Origin: Candidatus Latescibacterota bacterium
Lineage (GTDB): Bacteria; Latescibacterota; UBA2968
Assembly: GCA_965205975.1 (NCBI GenBank)
Contig: OZ242195.1
Span: 672,001 to 736,000, forward strand
Length of the DNA stretch: 64,000 bases
Reading direction: 5' to 3'
Shown here: positions 26,685 to 37,165 of the stretch, piece after piece
How positions within the stretch are numbered: position 1 is the first letter of the stretch
Layout: the number at the start of each line of letters is the position of its first letter
Made by a program: the position numbers and the translations under genes
Notes under the pieces: model-generated
What the model was told of the DNA's origin: nothing
The model's input: only the letters and a program-made list of their open reading frames with translations
Databases searched by the model: none

Positions 26685-27682
26685 CGGCTCTTCAGCCACC
26701 AGCGCATGGTATTACTGACCATATCCGCTGCGTCTCGTTGAACCCAATGGCCGCTGCTGGGGATGGTGACGAGTGTGTAGTCTTTGTTGATCCAATTCCA
26801 CGTGTCGCGTAACCCGTCTTTGTCAACAGCCTTGTCTTTCAACCCGTGGAATTGCAATATGGGCATGGTGAGATTGGGCATCTCCAGGCTCTGGCCAGAC
26901 CCCGCAGTTAGACCGCTATAGGCCGCCCGGTAGTAGTCGAGCATGCCCTTGACCGAGGATTGGGAGAACGCATTGATGTAGCGCTGCCGCACTTCGTCTG
27001 AGGCATTACCCACCGAAATACGTGTAAGCACCTCGGGCGAGAACCGTTTTTCGTATCCAGGCGTTTGAAAGTCGGTAATGTATTTAGTATTCCTCTTTTG
27101 CTCTGCCGTCGCGTTACGCAGCACGGTGCCGTAGCCCTTCGGGTGAGTCAGATTGCAGATCACCAGCTTGTTGACGAGTTGCGGATAGTACATGGCGAAC
27201 CGCCACGAAATGGCGCCCCCCCAATCGTGACCAACGAGGGTGACCGAATCGACCGCCAGATCCTTGATTACAGCTTCGACATCCGACATGAGATGGGACA
27301 TGGTGTAGTGTTCCACGCCTTCGGGCTTGCCGCTCTTGTTGTAGGCGCGTGTGTCCATAGCGACGGTCTTATAGCTGTCGGAAAGAGCGGCCATCTGTTC
27401 GCGCCAGGTATACCAAAAATCGGGAAAGCCATGGACAAAGAGAATAACGGGGCCTTCGCCCAGGGTGACGTAGTGGAGTGTCACCCCGTCGTTATCCGTC
27501 TCATGGTGCTCGACGCGGTCAAATACATCTGCCTTGACGTTAGCTATCGGGGATTTGACGGCACCCTTTAGGCGTTCCTGCTGCGCCTGCCCCTGGGCGA
27601 AGAAAATACAGGAGCAAATGACCACCAGTATTGAGCGTGTTATGCGTTGTTTGGTTCGTTGTGATAGTTTCATGGCGTTCAT
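26678..27682 (-). CDS. Alpha/beta hydrolase, epoxide-hydrolase-like, with signal peptide
   Basis: HGFPDFWYTW, GHDWGG (Asp nucleophile), GHWVQ. Confidence 0.92.
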   Translation of the reverse strand: MNAMKLSQRTKQRITRSILVVICSCIFFAQGQAQQERLKGAVKSPIANVKADVFDRVEHHETDNDGVTLHYVTLGEGPVILFVHGFPDFWYTWREQMAALSDSYKTVAMDTRAYNKSGKPEGVEHYTMSHLMSDVEAVIKDLAVDSVTLVGHDWGGAISWRFAMYYPQLVNKLVICNLTHPKGYGTVLRNATAEQKRNTKYITDFQTPGYEKRFSPEVLTRISVGNASDEVRQRYINAFSQSSVKGMLDYYRAAYSGLTAGSGQSLEMPNLTMPILQFHGLKDKAVDKDGLRDTWNWINKDYTLVTIPSSGHWVQRDAADMVSNTMRWWLKSRH

Positions 27683-27702
27683 CGTTCCAATGGTTTGGGG
27701 GA

Positions 27703-28905
27703 TCAGGCTTTTGATGTTTGTTGGGCTTCACAAGTTTGTTTCCAGACATGGTGTTCTGCCATCATCTTTTCAACTTTTTCAGGGAAGGTGGCGCGCAGGT
27801 CGCGTTGTTCATCGGGATCGGTGCTCAGATCAAACAGGCCATCTGGTTTGCCGTCTGTGGCGTGGAGTTTCAGATTGCCCTCACGGACCGCGTCCTCTGT
27901 TCTATACGTCCAGTGCAGGGTGCGGTCCAGAGGTTGCTCTTTGCCTTTGAAAAGGGGCCACACGTTTTGGGCGTCAATGATGCGGTCGTCGGGCATGGTT
28001 GCACCAGCGAGAGCGGCGAATGTGGCGTAGAGATCGTAGTGTACCCAGGGGGTATGGATTTTTGTATTTGGAGCGATTTTTCCCGGCCAGACCGCGTTGC
28101 AGATGACTCTTAGCGAACGCTCCCAGAGAGTTCGGCCATACCCATTGGTTCGGCTGCCTCCCTGGTCGCTTAAGAAGACGATAAGCGTGTTTTCTGCAAT
28201 ACCGGCATGGTGTACTGCATCCAGCACGCGCCCTACGCACAGGTCCAGATATTCGACCATATACTGGTAGTTTACCATTGGGTCATCGCTGTGATAGTAT
28301 CCGGGTGGGGCCTGATAGGGGCCGTGTGGGGCATAAAAGGGGAGATTCAGATAGAAGGGCTCGGGTTTTTGGGATTGGTGGTTGATAAATTTGATGGCTT
28401 CATCCGTAAACAGAGTGTCGAAGTAACCCTCGTCCGCTATGGGTTCCAGGCCGCGAAAAAAGTGGCTTTTCATGTCGCGGTTGTAAAGGTGGGTGTAATA
28501 GTCGGCATGGCCTGCGTTGCTGCCGTAAAATTCATGAAAGCCGTGGTGTAACGGATTAAATTTTGCGGCATATCCCAGGTTCCATTTTCCAAACAGCCCT
28601 GTTGTGTATCCGGCATTTCGCAAAAGTCTGGCTATAGAGACTTCCCGGAGTGAGAGTCCGGATTCCGGGTCATCTGGACGTGTCTGTGAGTTGATGCCAA
28701 CCCGATATGGATGTCTGCCTGTGTTCCAGGCGCAACGCGCTGGTGAACACAGCGGGGTTGCGATCAGGCAGTTGTCGAATACAACGCCCTTGCTCGCCAT
28801 TGTGTTCAATCTGGGGGTGTCGAATATCCCTTCGCCATAATAATCGACTGCTTCGCAACCGAGGTTGTCGGCGACCATGAAGATGATATTTGGGCGGTTC
28901 TTCAT
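27703..28905 (-). CDS. Arylsulfatase (Cys-type)
   Basis: RPNIIFMVADNLG, CSPARCAWNTGR, GKWNLG, APHGP. Confidence 0.93.
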   Translation of the reverse strand: MKNRPNIIFMVADNLGCEAVDYYGEGIFDTPRLNTMASKGVVFDNCLIATPLCSPARCAWNTGRHPYRVGINSQTRPDDPESGLSLREVSIARLLRNAGYTTGLFGKWNLGYAAKFNPLHHGFHEFYGSNAGHADYYTHLYNRDMKSHFFRGLEPIADEGYFDTLFTDEAIKFINHQSQKPEPFYLNLPFYAPHGPYQAPPGYYHSDDPMVNYQYMVEYLDLCVGRVLDAVHHAGIAENTLIVFLSDQGGSRTNGYGRTLWERSLRVICNAVWPGKIAPNTKIHTPWVHYDLYATFAALAGATMPDDRIIDAQNVWPLFKGKEQPLDRTLHWTYRTEDAVREGNLKLHATDGKPDGLFDLSTDPDEQRDLRATFPEKVEKMMAEHHVWKQTCEAQQTSKA

Positions 28906-28965
28906 TGATATTTCCTTAATTGATTGAAAAATATAAACTTATGGTTGTGGAGATCAGAGGCAATA

Positions 28966-30387
28966 TCAGTTCTGGAGCTCGGAATGGGTCGCATTGGCCA
29001 GTTCGCGCAGTACATTGACCGCGAGGAGGACATCCTCCCTGCGACAGTCGAATTGCCCGACCTGGAAGCGAATGACGAACTGTCCTTCATGGATCGTCTG
29101 CGTCAGGTAGATTCGGCCGTCATCATTGACCGCGCGGAGCAGGCGTTCGGTGGCGTCGTTGGCATTCTCACCGTTGGGGGCGTACTGGAACGTGAAGAGA
29201 GAGAGGTGGCAGTCCGTTGTCAGGCGAAAGCCGTCCAGCGATGCGATCGCGGCGGCGGCCTCTTCAGCCCAGGCAATATGGTTCCGGATGCGCTGTCGGA
29301 GGTCTTTGAGACCGTGGGCGCGGAGCAGGAACCAGAGCTTGAGGGCTCGGAATCGGCGCCCCAGGGGGATCGTCCACTCACTGTAATTGGTGATCTCGGT
29401 TTGACCGAGGGTCTGGAGGTAATCCGGACGGATGCCGAGGGTGCGAACCTGTGGTTCCGGGTCCGCGAGAAACTGGATTGAGCAGTCGAACTGCGCACCG
29501 AGCCACTTGTGGGGATTAAAGGCGATGCTGTCGGCTTCCTCGACGCCCTCCCACAACTTCCGTAGCTCGGGACAGATCATCGCGGAACCGGCCCACGCGG
29601 CGTCGATGTGGACGTAGAGATCGTGCTCTCGTGCCACTTCGATGGTCTGGCGCACATGGTCGGATGCGCCAATCGATGTGCCTCCAACACAGAGGACGAC
29701 ACCAGCCGGGAGAAAACCCGCGGCGCGATCTGCGTTGATTGCCCGACGGAGTGCCTCCGGGTCGAGTGCCCAGGAACCATCGGTCGGGACTTTGACCAGA
29801 TTCCGTTGGCCGATACCGGCGATGCGGATCGCCTTGTCAACCGACGAGTGGGTCTCTGGCGATGCGTAGATCCGGAGTTGTTTCTCTCCCGCTATTCCAG
29901 AATCGATTCCCCGCCAGCCAAGTGTGCGCTCGCGCATCGTCAGTACGGCGCAGACATTTGCCGACGTTGCCGTATCCTGAATAACGCCCTGGAATTCTTC
30001 TGGTAGCCCGAGTGCCTGGCGCATCCAGCCGGTCATCCGAGTCTCAATTTCCGTAGCTGCGGGTGAGGTCTGCCAGAGCATGCATTGGGCAGCCATGACC
30101 GCCGTCAAATTTTCGGCGATCATCGAAACCGGCGCAGCGTTAGCGCTAAAGTACGCAAAAAAGCGCCGGTGTTGCCAGTGCGTCATGCCGTCGGGTACGA
30201 TGCGCTCAAAGTCGGCGAAAATCGTCTCCATGCCAGCCGGCTCTTCTGGTGGCGATAGAGGCAGCATCGCAGCGATCTCGCCCGGTTCGGTCTGCGCTCG
30301 TACGGGCCGCTCTTCGAGCGTGGTCAGGTATTCGGCACCCCACCGTGCCGCTCGTTCAGCCCATTGAAAGTAGTCTTCTCGTTTCAA
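28966..30387 (-). CDS. PLP-dependent aromatic L-amino acid decarboxylase (group II)
   Basis: GMTHWQH, WQTSPAATE, THSSVDKA, HIDAAWAG, FNPHKW (PLP Lys), PLGRRFRALKLW. Confidence 0.95.
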   Translation of the reverse strand: MKREDYFQWAERAARWGAEYLTTLEERPVRAQTEPGEIAAMLPLSPPEEPAGMETIFADFERIVPDGMTHWQHRRFFAYFSANAAPVSMIAENLTAVMAAQCMLWQTSPAATEIETRMTGWMRQALGLPEEFQGVIQDTATSANVCAVLTMRERTLGWRGIDSGIAGEKQLRIYASPETHSSVDKAIRIAGIGQRNLVKVPTDGSWALDPEALRRAINADRAAGFLPAGVVLCVGGTSIGASDHVRQTIEVAREHDLYVHIDAAWAGSAMICPELRKLWEGVEEADSIAFNPHKWLGAQFDCSIQFLADPEPQVRTLGIRPDYLQTLGQTEITNYSEWTIPLGRRFRALKLWFLLRAHGLKDLRQRIRNHIAWAEEAAAAIASLDGFRLTTDCHLSLFTFQYAPNGENANDATERLLRAVNDDGRIYLTQTIHEGQFVIRFQVGQFDCRREDVLLAVNVLRELANATHSELQN

Positions 30388-30421
30388 TGCATTGCGTCCA
30401 GGTTTTTAGAAATCCAGTTCT

Positions 30422-31399
30422 TCAAAGGTAATCGCTGACGTCCATTTCAGGATATGCGTTCTTTATCAGTTCAACGGAGGTGGGTGTGTACATTGCGTCA
30501 CCGGGTTTCGGCCAGCCGAAGAGACTGCGAACCCTCGATGTCGTTTTTCCCAAAAAGGGTTTCAAGCGCCGAATCACTTCAGCTTCCCTTTTTCCGGTCG
30601 ATGTCCATGGCATGGTGTCTCTGCGTCCTATTGAAAAGAAGATAACGGCACGTTGCCTGTCCTTGTCTGCAAAAGGTTGTGCTGCGTGTGGCGTGTGTCC
30701 ACTGTAGAAGAGAACGCTGCCAGCTTTCCCGGTGATTGAGACGGGTTCCTGCGCGTGAAGAATTTTGCGGATATCGGCAAAGCGGTAGGAGTGAGGCACC
30801 TTGCGGATGTCGCCAAAGCCCAGGCCGTCGTCCTCAATCACACGCAAGATATCGCCCATTTTGTCGTGTACTCCTGGGACCAACCGAACAGGCGCGCAAT
30901 CTTCATCAATATCGTCCAGAAAGACCCAGGCCTGAATATGTCCATACCGCTGCCAATCTGGGTGAGGGGGAATAAAGGGTTTGGCCCAATCCAGGTGAAA
31001 TTCGATTTCCGGCTTCGTTGGGGCTTTTCTATCTATTCTGCCGTTTCGGATATAGACGTAACCGTGGTGGTAGTGTATATCAGGCGTATCCAGAAGCTGT
31101 TCCAGAGCATCCAGAAAAGGATCGTGTTCCAGGACCTGGTCTATGACCTCTACCCCTGTTGGAATGTCACAGAATTCCGCTCTGGGGCCGCCCATCCCGA
31201 GACCTGCTCCGGGCAGGCGTAGCTGATCCTCAAGGTCAGGGTTGGCCTTCAGTTCGGCAATGAACCCGGAAAAAGACTTTCCATAAGCGTTTTGTTCCGC
31301 GGTCTCAAGCGTCTCTGACAATTGGCCGGGTGAAAACAGATCCGGGACCAAGAGGTAGCCTTCTGTTTGATAAAACTCATACTGCTCTTGTGTCAGCAT
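30422..31399 (-). CDS. Phytanoyl-CoA dioxygenase (PhyH)-family Fe/2OG enzyme
   Basis: LTQEQYEFYQTEGYL, FHLD (HxD), WVFLDDI, VPGVH, AGSVLFY...TPHAA. Confidence 0.88.
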   Translation of the reverse strand: MLTQEQYEFYQTEGYLLVPDLFSPGQLSETLETAEQNAYGKSFSGFIAELKANPDLEDQLRLPGAGLGMGGPRAEFCDIPTGVEVIDQVLEHDPFLDALEQLLDTPDIHYHHGYVYIRNGRIDRKAPTKPEIEFHLDWAKPFIPPHPDWQRYGHIQAWVFLDDIDEDCAPVRLVPGVHDKMGDILRVIEDDGLGFGDIRKVPHSYRFADIRKILHAQEPVSITGKAGSVLFYSGHTPHAAQPFADKDRQRAVIFFSIGRRDTMPWTSTGKREAEVIRRLKPFLGKTTSRVRSLFGWPKPGDAMYTPTSVELIKNAYPEMDVSDYL

Positions 31400-31423
31400 T
31401 GTGGATCTCCGTTAATAAATCGC

Positions 31424-32956
31424 CTAAATTTCATCGTCATCCAGAGCGCGTTGTCCTTCAAACGGTCCCCAGTGAATACGCGCTCTGGTTCTTCTATCGC
31501 TCTTGTAAATCTCTGGATCATAATCCGGGTTTACCTTCGGGAATCGCGCCTCGACCAGTTCGAGATAGCGCATCATCTCATCGTAGAGTTTCTGGTGTGT
31601 TTCCGGATTCTGCTTTGCAATATTGGTAACCTCGCCAATGTCGCCAGAAAGGTCGAACAACATCGGGATATCCGGTCGTTCGTAAAAATGGATCACCTTG
31701 GATGAACCAGAAATAATGACCGAATGCGGTACAGAATTCCGATAATGGGGATAATGGAAATAGAGATAGCGATTTAGAAAGGCATCGTCCGGCTCTTTCC
31801 CCGCCATGTAATCCGCGAGGCTGACACCGTCGATATTCTGCAATTTTTCCGAGTCGCCACCAGCCCAATCGACGAAGGTGGGTAAGAAATCATAGTTGAT
31901 CACGTTGCCGGTAAAAGCTGAACCAGGTTTGATCCCGGGACCTTTGACAATCATAGGTACCCGGATGCCTCCATCCCACAACCACCACTTTGTTGCGTGT
32001 AACGGTTGCTTGTAGTCGGGTATGATTTCGACTTCTTCGTGTCGGTAGCCGTTGTCACCCACTACGATGACATAGGTATTATCCTCGATTCCCAGTTCTC
32101 TGAGCTTGTCGAGTACTGCGCCGATCCGACCATCCAGGTCCTCACCCATCCCCAACCAGATTGCGGGATCATCTCCCCGGTTGACTGTGTCGGGATGTTT
32201 GTTGTTTTTCTTGTACCACTCCTGCACCAGTGGGTGATTCACATACTTTTCACGCGTTTTATCCAGGCATTCATAACCCGCGTGCATGGCATAATGAGAT
32301 ATCTGAAGGTAAAAGGGATTGCTTTTTTCTACCTGTTCTTCCATGAAGCCAATTGCCTTTTCGGTAATGCTGAACATCAACTTGGGATCGGCCATATCTT
32401 TGGGCAGGCGCCTGGGCGTCCGCTCGCCTCTCTCCAGGTCGTACTTCAGGGTATTGCCGGGATTATTATCGGTAGCACCATCGTGTAATACGTAGCCCGC
32501 CTTTGCAGGATCGCCTCTCATGTGCCATTTGCCAATGTGGGCGCTGACATAACCCAGTGGTTTGAGAGCTTTGGGAATGGTGGCTGCGTCTTCGTCGAGT
32601 TCTCGGTCGGACACGTTCGGAACCAGCGGAAAATGCCGATATTCCCTTTTCGTGTCGTAGTAAGGCTCTCTTGCCCCCAAATATACCGTGAAACCACTGT
32701 GTGGCGCAGACTGCCCCGTCTGTACGCACACACGAGCAGGCGCACATTGGGGCGCTCCATAGGCATTGCGAAACTTCATTCCATCATTTGCCAGTTTTTG
32801 GATGTTCGGCATTTGCAAGACCGGCATGAGGGAATTCTCCATGGTGTCATCCATGGCAACCGGTGATCCGTTCCATGCCCAGTCATCTATATAAAACATG
32901 ACAATGTTGGGCCTCGCTTGTTGCTCCTTAAAACAATTTTTCTTTGGCATTATCAC
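31424..32956 (-). CDS. Sulfatase (Cys-type)
   Basis: [38 protein letters not shown]. Confidence 0.93.
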   Translation of the reverse strand: MIMPKKNCFKEQQARPNIVMFYIDDWAWNGSPVAMDDTMENSLMPVLQMPNIQKLANDGMKFRNAYGAPQCAPARVCVQTGQSAPHSGFTVYLGAREPYYDTKREYRHFPLVPNVSDRELDEDAATIPKALKPLGYVSAHIGKWHMRGDPAKAGYVLHDGATDNNPGNTLKYDLERGERTPRRLPKDMADPKLMFSITEKAIGFMEEQVEKSNPFYLQISHYAMHAGYECLDKTREKYVNHPLVQEWYKKNNKHPDTVNRGDDPAIWLGMGEDLDGRIGAVLDKLRELGIEDNTYVIVVGDNGYRHEEVEIIPDYKQPLHATKWWLWDGGIRVPMIVKGPGIKPGSAFTGNVINYDFLPTFVDWAGGDSEKLQNIDGVSLADYMAGKEPDDAFLNRYLYFHYPHYRNSVPHSVIISGSSKVIHFYERPDIPMLFDLSGDIGEVTNIAKQNPETHQKLYDEMMRYLELVEARFPKVNPDYDPEIYKSDRRTRARIHWGPFEGQRALDDDEI

Positions 32957-32962
32957 AATCCT

Positions 32963-34249
32963 TCAATTCTCAAAATAGACATCATTCAATTCATCGACAT
33001 TATCCCGCAATTTTTGGAACGCTTCGAGAATGAGGTCCATGTTTTCGCGCGGTCCGAGAAGAATGCGGTGCGTGAGATCAAGGGCTTCGGTTTCGTGAAT
33101 GCGCTCGGCTTCGGGACAATAGACTTTGGTGTAGTCGATGGGATCCGCCTGGTACAACGGGCAGCGGATTGGACAGCCTGTTTCGCCCCATTTGCCGCTG
33201 GCAAACATGCTAAATTGATAGAGGGGCTTTGTCGGGCCAATGCCACAGGGTACGCCTTCGGCCTGGAGCGCTTTGCGGAATCGTTCGCGGTGGATGCCTT
33301 CAAATTCTTCGGAGATGAATTTGAAGTGCCAGCGATAGGGATTCCAGCGGGTGACGCGCTCGTCAATGTCGAGGCCAGTGAGTCCGGGAATAGATTCCAT
33401 TCCTTTGTGGAGGTACTTGAGATTTTTCCACCTGATTTCTGCCTGTTCTTCGAGGCGGGTGAGCGCGATCAGGCCGATGGCCGCTTCAAATTCGCCCAGT
33501 CTCAAGGTTGTGGCAGGCCAGGTGAAGTTCATACTTTCTTCGCCTCTGTCTCGGCCTGCGTGATGATACCGAAAGGCTTTTTCGTACAGGCTTTCGTCTC
33601 TGGTCATCACCACGCCGCCTTCGCCTATGGCGAGCACTTTGCCGGGCATGCAGGAGAAACCAGAAATATCGGCTTGAGATCCCACGCCTTTGCCTCTCCA
33701 TTGTCCGCCGTGCGCATGAGAACAGTCGCTGACCAGGCCGATGTTGTGTTTGCGGCAGATGTCACTTAGAGCATCCGTGTCGCAGGGCATGCCGCCCATA
33801 TCTACGGCGACCACTGCCCGGGTGCGCGGCGTGATGAGGGCTTCTACGCTTTTGGGATCGATGGTGTAGTTGCGCGGATCGATGTCGGCAAAGATGGGAA
33901 TGCCATTGCAAATCATGACGCAGGAAGCAGACGCGATGTAAGTTGACGCAGGGACAATGACTTCACAGCCAGCTTCGACGCCGAGGGCGCGCAAGCAGAC
34001 TTCGAGTGCTGTGGTGCCTGTGGAGACGGCAAGGGCGTATTTGCTGTCGTGAAATTCTGCAAAGGCCTTTTCAAATGCGTAGAGTTTGCTGTCGCCATGG
34101 TTGTAATAGTCAAAGCCACTGCGCCCCCATTTGTGACTGCGAAGGACGCCGACAACGGCTTTTTCTTCGCGTTCATCGTGAACCGGCCAGGGTTGGCGCA
34201 GGTCTCTATTAACCGTTTTTGAACCACCGTTGATTGCGAGTTCAGGCAT
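32963..34249 (-). CDS. DegT/DnrJ/EryC1/StrS PLP-dependent aminotransferase
   Basis: MPELAINGG, STGTTAL, DCSHAHG, FSCMPGK (PLP Lys), GEGG. Confidence 0.92.
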   Translation of the reverse strand: MPELAINGGSKTVNRDLRQPWPVHDEREEKAVVGVLRSHKWGRSGFDYYNHGDSKLYAFEKAFAEFHDSKYALAVSTGTTALEVCLRALGVEAGCEVIVPASTYIASASCVMICNGIPIFADIDPRNYTIDPKSVEALITPRTRAVVAVDMGGMPCDTDALSDICRKHNIGLVSDCSHAHGGQWRGKGVGSQADISGFSCMPGKVLAIGEGGVVMTRDESLYEKAFRYHHAGRDRGEESMNFTWPATTLRLGEFEAAIGLIALTRLEEQAEIRWKNLKYLHKGMESIPGLTGLDIDERVTRWNPYRWHFKFISEEFEGIHRERFRKALQAEGVPCGIGPTKPLYQFSMFASGKWGETGCPIRCPLYQADPIDYTKVYCPEAERIHETEALDLTHRILLGPRENMDLILEAFQKLRDNVDELNDVYFEN

Positions 34250-35486
34250 TGGAGCGTTCCTTGTGGGATGAATTATCGTGCAGTTTTGTGAGTAAGGTTT
34301 GCGTTTCGTCAATCCAGCGTTCACCTGTGCCGGGAACAACGCAGGCGCGGTTGTATTCGAGTGGGTCGCTTGGGTAAGGGATAACGCCGTAGCCTCCGAA
34401 GTTATACGCGCGGCGGTTTGGCACATAGCCACATGATCCCTGGGAATAGCCCATGACAATCGTGCGCGCAAAGGGGGATGACGATTGGGTGGATAGAGAT
34501 AGCTCGATGAAGGGTTCACCCTGCCAGAAGACGAGTGATAGGTCGTCGCTTATGCGGATGGCGGGGATTTCGATTCGGATGTTTTTTTCGTTTGTGTATC
34601 GGTTGGGAAGTGTGTCTTGCCAACGCTCTACTTTAAGTGAAAGATTTGTTTCTGGCGTTGCTTGTGTCCAGGCCACGATGGCTTCTCTGGCGAGCGCTTT
34701 GCCCATTTCTGCGACCGTATCATAATTGTCTCTGGGTTCCTGCATCGGAAGTATGTTGCCACATGCCCCTTGTAAAAATATTGAGAAAGGTACAGATGTG
34801 CCCGCTTCAAAGTGGTGACAGGTAGCGCCGGGATATTCGGCGGTGAAGAGACGATTGGCGGTCATCATGATGACGGGATGAGCGGCAAAGTGGATTGCGG
34901 TCGCGATGGGTTGGCCTTGGGGTGTGTCGAATCGCAGGACGGTGACTGCGGGATCAACAGGGCCGTTGGGTAGTTTTTCGGGATTGAGGTTAAACGATTT
35001 AAAGCTGCCGTCGGGCAATATCTGGCGTCTGTTGTAGGCGAGGTCGGTGTTGACAGCGCCCGTTGAGAGTGTGGCGGGATTGAGATTGGCTATAGATTCG
35101 ACAGCAGCATCGACAACCTGCTTTCTTATGTGAACAATCGCATCATCTTCGGGGCTTCCGCCAAAGTAATAGATGCATTCTGGGCCACTGTGATTGTGGG
35201 TGCTACACAGGATCAGGTTTTCGGGCGGAAGATCGGATTGTGCGGCAAAAGCATTGCGCATGGCATCGACGTCGATCCACTGAAAGCTCAGGAGATCTGC
35301 CGAGCAAATGACGATGGTGGTCGTATCGTCAGATAGTGCCAGTGCTTTGACGTATAATGGGTCATGGATGCCTTCTGCAATGCGGGGTTGCATGGGCGAG
35401 CGGTTTACGGGAAAAGCACCCATGGCCGATCCCGTAGATGGTGTGATGTCCCGTTGTGCTGTACCGATCTTTATTATTTCTGCCAA
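34242..35486 (-). CDS. Neutral/alkaline ceramidase N-terminal-domain amidohydrolase-like protein
   Basis: DITP, HDPLYVKAL, STHNHSGP, YNRR, FAAHP, FLQGACGN. Confidence 0.85.
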   Translation of the reverse strand: MAEIIKIGTAQRDITPSTGSAMGAFPVNRSPMQPRIAEGIHDPLYVKALALSDDTTTIVICSADLLSFQWIDVDAMRNAFAAQSDLPPENLILCSTHNHSGPECIYYFGGSPEDDAIVHIRKQVVDAAVESIANLNPATLSTGAVNTDLAYNRRQILPDGSFKSFNLNPEKLPNGPVDPAVTVLRFDTPQGQPIATAIHFAAHPVIMMTANRLFTAEYPGATCHHFEAGTSVPFSIFLQGACGNILPMQEPRDNYDTVAEMGKALAREAIVAWTQATPETNLSLKVERWQDTLPNRYTNEKNIRIEIPAIRISDDLSLVFWQGEPFIELSLSTQSSSPFARTIVMGYSQGSCGYVPNRRAYNFGGYGVIPYPSDPLEYNRACVVPGTGERWIDETQTLLTKLHDNSSHKERSNA

Positions 35487-35567
35487 GGCTCAGATGTCCT
35501 GTTTTGAATGTTCAGGAAACCCACACTGTTTTGTATTCGAACCATCTTTCTCCTGTTAAAACGCTAC

Positions 35568-36977
35568 TTAAAGCGTCAGCGCATTCCACGGTTGTGTCGG
35601 GTAATCCACCCACTGTTTTGATCCGCGCTCAAACGCCCACCGATACTCAGCCATTGCGCCTGCTTGTAGTTCTGAAATTCGCGGTGAATGTGCCGGATCA
35701 TTTGCCAAATTCACAAACTCATACGGGTCTTCAGCAATGTGATAAAGCTCTGGTCCATAAGGTCCATGAATATATTTCCACTCCTGCGTGCGAATGCTCA
35801 GGTTCAAATCTCGCGGATACTGTAACTCCGTAATCGCCACCTCGCGTTCACGTTCACGACCATCAACCAGCGATTTCAAACTCATGCCGGGTAAATGCAC
35901 GGGAATATCCATCCCTGCGAAATCGAATGCTGTAGGTAGTACATCCAACAGGTTCACAAGTGAATCGTTCACCAAACCCGTTTGAAATCCCTTTGGCGGT
36001 TTCACAATGAATGGAATGCGAATGGCCTGTTCGTAGAGATTGTATTTCGAAAATGCGGTTACCCCTCGCGATCCCAACAGTTCACCGTGGTCAGAAAGAA
36101 AAATGATCAGCGTGTCATCGTACAAGCCATTGCGATCCAAAGCGTTTATCACTTGCTGATGACTCCGGTCACAGGCCGTGACAAAAGCCATGTAATTTGC
36201 AATCGCATCTCGTAGTTCTTCTCGCTCTAATCCGACAAAATTGGGATAAGCATCTCTATCGGGTAAATTATCCGGTGGTTCTGGTGGCAACGCAACGTCG
36301 GCAGGGTCATATAAATCTGCCAAATTAGCTGGCGTTACATGAGGTGCATGAGGGCCTGACAAACTGCAAATCATGAAAAACGGATTGTCCTTGTTTTCTT
36401 CCACAAAGGCAGCGGCCTGTCCGCCGACCCACCAGTCGCGCGTTTGCTCTAATCTCAAGCTGGTCGTAAATCCCTTAAATGCCGCCGCACAATTGTCTCC
36501 GCCCTGACTAATCCCACGCGCTTCTCGCTCGCCCGTCCCCGTCTCCACCCAATCCCGATGTTCCGCCACAAAATGGCTGTCCATGCGCTCGCCCGTCTCG
36601 TGAAACGGCCCTGCCCGATGATCAAATCCGTAATAGTTGTCGCGTTCAATAGCCGCCTGATACGGTATTGTATGCATCTTGCCAAAGGCACCCGTTACAA
36701 AACCCGCCTGTCCAAACGCCTTTCCCATTGTCCACTCGGGGATTTGTGCGGGATTCAGTAAATGCCGATTGGAATAAATTCCTGACTGAAATGCATATCG
36801 CCCGTGCAACATCGAATGCCTACTCGGCAAACACGGCGATACAGCACACGTTGCCTGCGTAAACCGAATGCCCTCTTGAGCCAAACGATCATACGCTGGT
36901 GTCTGCAACCCCGGATAATCCGCACACCCGAGGAAGGAATGCGCGTGCTGATCGTTCATTAAAATCACAACATTCAT
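35568..36977 (-). CDS. Sulfatase (Cys-type)
   Basis: MNVVILMNDQH, CLPSRHSMLHGR, GKMH, SDHGE. Confidence 0.93.
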   Translation of the reverse strand: MNVVILMNDQHAHSFLGCADYPGLQTPAYDRLAQEGIRFTQATCAVSPCLPSRHSMLHGRYAFQSGIYSNRHLLNPAQIPEWTMGKAFGQAGFVTGAFGKMHTIPYQAAIERDNYYGFDHRAGPFHETGERMDSHFVAEHRDWVETGTGEREARGISQGGDNCAAAFKGFTTSLRLEQTRDWWVGGQAAAFVEENKDNPFFMICSLSGPHAPHVTPANLADLYDPADVALPPEPPDNLPDRDAYPNFVGLEREELRDAIANYMAFVTACDRSHQQVINALDRNGLYDDTLIIFLSDHGELLGSRGVTAFSKYNLYEQAIRIPFIVKPPKGFQTGLVNDSLVNLLDVLPTAFDFAGMDIPVHLPGMSLKSLVDGREREREVAITELQYPRDLNLSIRTQEWKYIHGPYGPELYHIAEDPYEFVNLANDPAHSPRISELQAGAMAEYRWAFERGSKQWVDYPTQPWNALTL

Positions 36978-37085
36978 AACTATTCTCCATTGAGCGATCA
37001 GTCATTTGAATGAATAACCACAAGATGCACGAGCGGGGTACAACTGGCCGTTTCTCAGGCCAGTTCAAAATCACAAAAGGGTGCT

Positions 37086-37139
37086 GTTGGAGCGGCATCC
37101 TTGCCGCGATCAAGGTCGGGAAAAGGATTTCCCTCCTAC
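37086..37139. repeat. REP-like inverted doublet (GTAG family)
   Basis: Left GTTGGA-GCGGCA-TCCT-TGCCGC-GA and inverted right GTAGGA-GGGAAA-TCCT-TTTCCC-GA; each copy has its own 6-bp palindrome, with compensatory differences. Confidence 0.65.
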
Positions 37140-37165
37140 GCGACCACAAGAACCTAAATAGTTAC

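Noticed and set aside
32918..33769. Long antisense ORFs (also 18554-19396, 9364-10056, 19347-20258, 54691-55350)
   Set aside because: Shadow or alternative-frame ORFs overlapping well-supported genes in GC-rich sequence, with no recognisable motifs.
32963..34519. 90-aa N-terminal extension of the aminotransferase in the ORF track
   Set aside because: It overlaps the upstream gene in another frame; family similarity begins at MPELAINGG (34249), which has an RBS.
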